From IMG/VR virus record IMGVR_UViG_2531839104_000005: 6,053 bases of DNA. One strand, given 5' to 3'. The position numbers and the translations under genes were made by a program. The stretch is from a virus. Lineage: Duplodnaviria > Heunggongvirae > Uroviricota > Caudoviricetes. Below the pieces are notes generated by a model. It saw only the letters and a list, made by a program, of their open reading frames with translations. It searched no databases and was not told the origin of the DNA. Within the stretch, counting starts at the first letter, position 1. Each line of letters starts with the position of its first letter. Below are positions 1 through 6,053 of this stretch, piece after piece.

Positions 1-3646
<3,646 letters not shown>

Positions 3647-3666
<20 letters not shown>

Positions 3667-4966
3667 TCTCCCGCATATTGCCAGCATGGCTTTTAATGAG
3701 CCGCTGATGCTTGAACCCGCCTATGCGCGGGTTTTCTTTTGTGCGCTTGCAGGCCAGCTTGGGATCAGCCGCCTGACGGATGCAGTATCCGGCGACAGCC
3801 TGACTGCCGGAGAGGCACCCGCGGCGCTGGCGTTATCCGGTGATGATGACGGACCACGACAGGCCCGGAGTTATCAGGTCATGAACGGCATCGCCGTGCT
3901 GCCGGTGTCCGGTACGCTGGTCAGCCGGACGCGGGCGCTGCAGCCGTATTCGGGAATGACCGGTTACAACGGCATTATCGCCCGTCTGCAACAGGCTGCC
4001 AGCGATCCGATGGTGGACGGCATTCTGCTCGATATGGACACACCGGGCGGGATGGTGGCGGGAGCATTTGACTGTGCTGACATCATCGCCCGTGTGCGAG
4101 ACATAAAACCGGTATGGGCGCTGGCCAACGACATGAACTGCAGTGCAGGTCAGCTGCTTGCCAGCGCCGCCTCCCGGCGTCTGGTCACGCAGACCGCCCG
4201 GACAGGCTCCATCGGCGTCATGATGGCTCACAGTAATTACGGTGCTGCCCTGGAGAAACAGGGCGTGGAAATCACGCTGATTTACAGCGGCAGCCATAAG
4301 GTGGATGGCAACCCCTACAGCCATCTACCGGGTGATGTCCGGGAAACACTGCAGTCCCGGATGGATGCAACCCGCCGGATGTTTGCGCAGAAGGTGTCGG
4401 CATATACCGGCCTGTCCGTGCAGGCTGTGCTGGATACCGAGGCTGCAGTGTACAGCGGTCAGGAGGCCATTGATGCCGGACTGGCTGATGAACTTGTCAA
4501 CAGCACCGATGCGATCACCGTTATGCGTGATGCACTGGATGCACGTAAATCCCGTCTCTCAGGAGGGCGAATGACCAAAGAGACTCAATCAACAACTGTT
4601 TCAGCCACTGCTTCGCAGGCTGACGTTACTGGCGTGGTGCCAGCGACGGAGGGCGAAAACGCCAGCGCGGCGCAGCCGGACGTGAACGCGCAGATCACCG
4701 CTGCGGTTGCGGCAGAAAACAGCCGCATTATGGGGATCCTCAACTGTGAGGAGGCTCACGGACGCGAAGAACAGGCCCGCGTGCTGGCAGAAACCCCCGG
4801 TATGACCGTGGAAACGGCCCGCCGCATTCTGGCCGCAGCACCACAGAGTGCACAGGCGCGCAGTGATACTGCGCTGGATCGTCTGATGCAGGGGGCACCG
4901 GCACCGCTGGCTGCAGGTAACCCGGCATCTGATGCCGTTAACGATTTGCTGAACACACCAGTGTAA
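3647..4966 (+). CDS. C: Head maturation protease / scaffold protein gpC (S49-family serine peptidase), 439 aa, GTG start
   Basis: GTG at 3647 is preceded by a strong Shine-Dalgarno AGGAGGAG at 3635-3642 and lies 20 nt inside the 3' end of B. Translation (M)TAELRNLPHIASMAFNEPLMLEPAYARVFF... matches lambda gpC, and 1320 nt equals the lambda C length. The putative catalytic Ser166 (NCSAG) is at nt 4142-4144. The track ORF 3512..4966 is the same frame extended upstream to an ATG with no ribosome-binding site. Confidence 0.9.
4361..4966 (+). CDS. nu3: Scaffolding protein Nu3, nested in-frame in the 3' third of C (internal initiation at ATG 4361), about 201 aa
   Basis: In lambda, Nu3 is translated from an internal in-frame start within C and shares its C-terminus and stop. 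ATG at 4361 (MDATRRMFAQKVSAYTGLSV...) is in the C frame and sits at the expected offset from the B and C boundaries. No obvious strong Shine-Dalgarno is visible, so the call rests mainly on homology to the lambda arrangement. Confidence 0.7.
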   Translation: MDATRRMFAQKVSAYTGLSVQAVLDTEAAVYSGQEAIDAGLADELVNSTDAITVMRDALDARKSRLSGGRMTKETQSTTVSATASQADVTGVVPATEGENASAAQPDVNAQITAAVAAENSRIMGILNCEEAHGREEQARVLAETPGMTVETARRILAAAPQSAQARSDTALDRLMQGAPAPLAAGNPASDAVNDLLNTPV

Positions 4967-4975
4967 GGGATGTTT

Positions 4976-5308
4976 ATGACGAGCAAAGAAACCTTTACCC
5001 ATTACCAGCCGCTGGGCAACAGTGACCCGGCTCATACCGCAACCGCGCCCGGCGGATTGAGTGCGAAAGCGCCTGCAATGACCCCGCTGATGCTGGACAC
5101 CTCCAGCCGTAAGCTGGTTGCGTGGGATGGCACCACCGACGGTGCTGCCGTTGGCATTCTTGCGGTTGCTGCTGACCAGACCAGCACCACGCTGACGTTC
5201 TACAAGTCCGGCACGTTCCGTTATGAGGATGTGCTCTGGCCGGAGGCTGCCAGCGACGAGACGAAAAAACGGACCGCGTTTGCCGGAACGGCAATCAGCA
5301 TCGTTTAA
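4976..5308 (+). CDS. D: Head decoration protein gpD, 110 aa
   Basis: ATG at 4976 is preceded by AAGGGA (4965-4970) at about 5 nt spacing. The product [110 protein letters not shown] matches lambda gpD. Stop TAA at 5306-5308. The track ORF starts two codons upstream at ATG 4970, which has no room for a ribosome-binding site. Confidence 0.93.
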   Translation: MTSKETFTHYQPLGNSDPAHTATAPGGLSAKAPAMTPLMLDTSSRKLVAWDGTTDGAAVGILAVAADQTSTTLTFYKSGTFRYEDVLWPEAASDETKKRTAFAGTAISIV

Positions 5309-5325
5309 CCTGACCCTTCATCACT

Positions 5326-5350
5326 AAAGGCCGCCTGTGCGGCTTTTTTT
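5326..5350 (+). terminator. Terminator-like GC hairpin plus T-tract in the D-E intergenic gap
   Basis: Seen directly: GGCCGC (5329-5334), loop CTGT (5335-5338), GCGGC (5339-5343), then T7 (5344-5350). The upstream AAA (5326-5328) can pair with the first Ts to extend the stem. This has the architecture of an intrinsic terminator or an RNA-stabilising hairpin and sits 13 nt upstream of the E start codon. Confidence 0.55.
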
Positions 5351-5363
5351 ACGGGATTTTTTT

Positions 5364-6053
5364 ATGTCGATGTACACAACCGCCCAACTGCTGGCGGCAA
5401 ATGAGCAGAAATTTAAGTTTGATCCGCTGTTTCTGCGTCTCTTTTTCCGTGAGAGCTATCCCTTCACCACGGAGAAAGTCTATCTCTCACAAATTCCGGG
5501 ACTGGTAAACATGGCGCTGTACGTTTCGCCGATTGTTTCTGGTGAGGTTATCCGTTCCCGTGGCGGCTCCACCTCTGAATTTACGCCGGGATATGTCAAG
5601 CCGAAGCATGAAGTGAATCCGCAGATGACCCTGCGTCGCCTGCCGGATGAAGATCCGCAGAATCTGGCGGACCCGGCTTACCGCCGCCGTCGCATCATCA
5701 TGCAGAACATGCGTGACGAAGAGCTGGCCATTGCTCAGGTCGAAGAGATGCAGGCAGTTTCTGCCGTGCTCAAGGGCAAATACACCATGACCGGTGAAGC
5801 CTTCGATCCGGTTGAGGTGGATATGGGCCGCAGTGCGGCGAACAACATCACGCAGTCCGGCGGCACGGAGTGGAGCAAGCGTGACAAGTCCACGTATGAC
5901 CCGACCGACGATATCGAAGCCTACGCGCTGAACGCCAGCGGCGTGGTGAATATCATCGTGTTTGACCCGAAAGGCTGGGCGCTGTTCCGTTCCTTCACGC
6001 GCTGCCTGCCGGTCAGTCAGCCCCCGGTTTTTTGCATCAATGGCGGCCCGCTT
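5364..6053 (+). CDS. E: Major capsid protein gpE, 3'-truncated by the window end (230 codons present, no stop)
   Basis: ATG at 5364, with a weak GGGA at 5354-5357. Translation MSMYTTAQLLAANEQKFKFDPLFLRLFFRESYPFTTEKVYLSQIPGLVNMALYVSPIVSGEVIRSRGGSTSEF... matches lambda gpE through ...FDPKGWALFRSF (to about nt 5996). The final ~19 codons (TRCLPVSQPPVFCINGGPL) do not match my recollection of gpE; see findings. Confidence 0.9.
   Translation, partial: MSMYTTAQLLAANEQKFKFDPLFLRLFFRESYPFTTEKVYLSQIPGLVNMALYVSPIVSGEVIRSRGGSTSEFTPGYVKPKHEVNPQMTLRRLPDEDPQNLADPAYRRRRIIMQNMRDEELAIAQVEEMQAVSAVLKGKYTMTGEAFDPVEVDMGRSAANNITQSGGTEWSKRDKSTYDPTDDIEAYALNASGVVNIIVFDPKGWALFRSFTRCLPVSQPPVFCINGGPL

Noticed and set aside
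4970-4975. ATG at 4970 as an alternative D start (adds Met-Phe)
   Set aside because: It begins only 4 nt after the C stop and overlaps the AAGGGA Shine-Dalgarno that is correctly spaced for ATG 4976, which gives the canonical 110-aa gpD.
3833-5035. Minus-strand ORFs inside C/Nu3 (3833..4324, 4601..5035, 4740..4928, 4756..4986) and + strand alternate-frame ORF 4305..4574
   Set aside because: They are antisense or out-of-frame to the well-supported protease/scaffold gene. The 4601..5035 ORF also runs across the C/D junction and its ribosome-binding site, which is implausible for a real gene.
4995-5294. 99-aa minus-strand ORF antisense to D
   Set aside because: It is fully contained in the decoration protein gene, and its Arg/Cys/Trp/Pro-rich translation is typical of antisense artefacts.

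Overview
This window is the head-morphogenesis and DNA-packaging module of bacteriophage lambda or a near-identical lambdoid phage/prophage, not a novel system. All genes are on the + strand in the canonical late-operon order: terminase large subunit A (5'-truncated), head-tail joining protein W, portal protein B, head protease/scaffold C with the nested in-frame scaffold gene Nu3, decoration protein D, and major capsid protein E (3'-truncated). Genes are tightly packed, with ATGA stop/start overlaps at A/W and W/B, a 20-nt B/C overlap, a 9-nt C/D gap and a 55-nt D/E gap that holds a terminator-like hairpin. Every long minus-strand or alternate-frame ORF in the track lies inside these genes and is treated as spurious. 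The one real anomaly is at the extreme 3' end: the last ~57 nt of the E reading frame (from ~5997) do not match the lambda E sequence as I remember it, which may indicate a mosaic, deletion or insertion junction. Identifications are from recalled protein sequences, not from a search.
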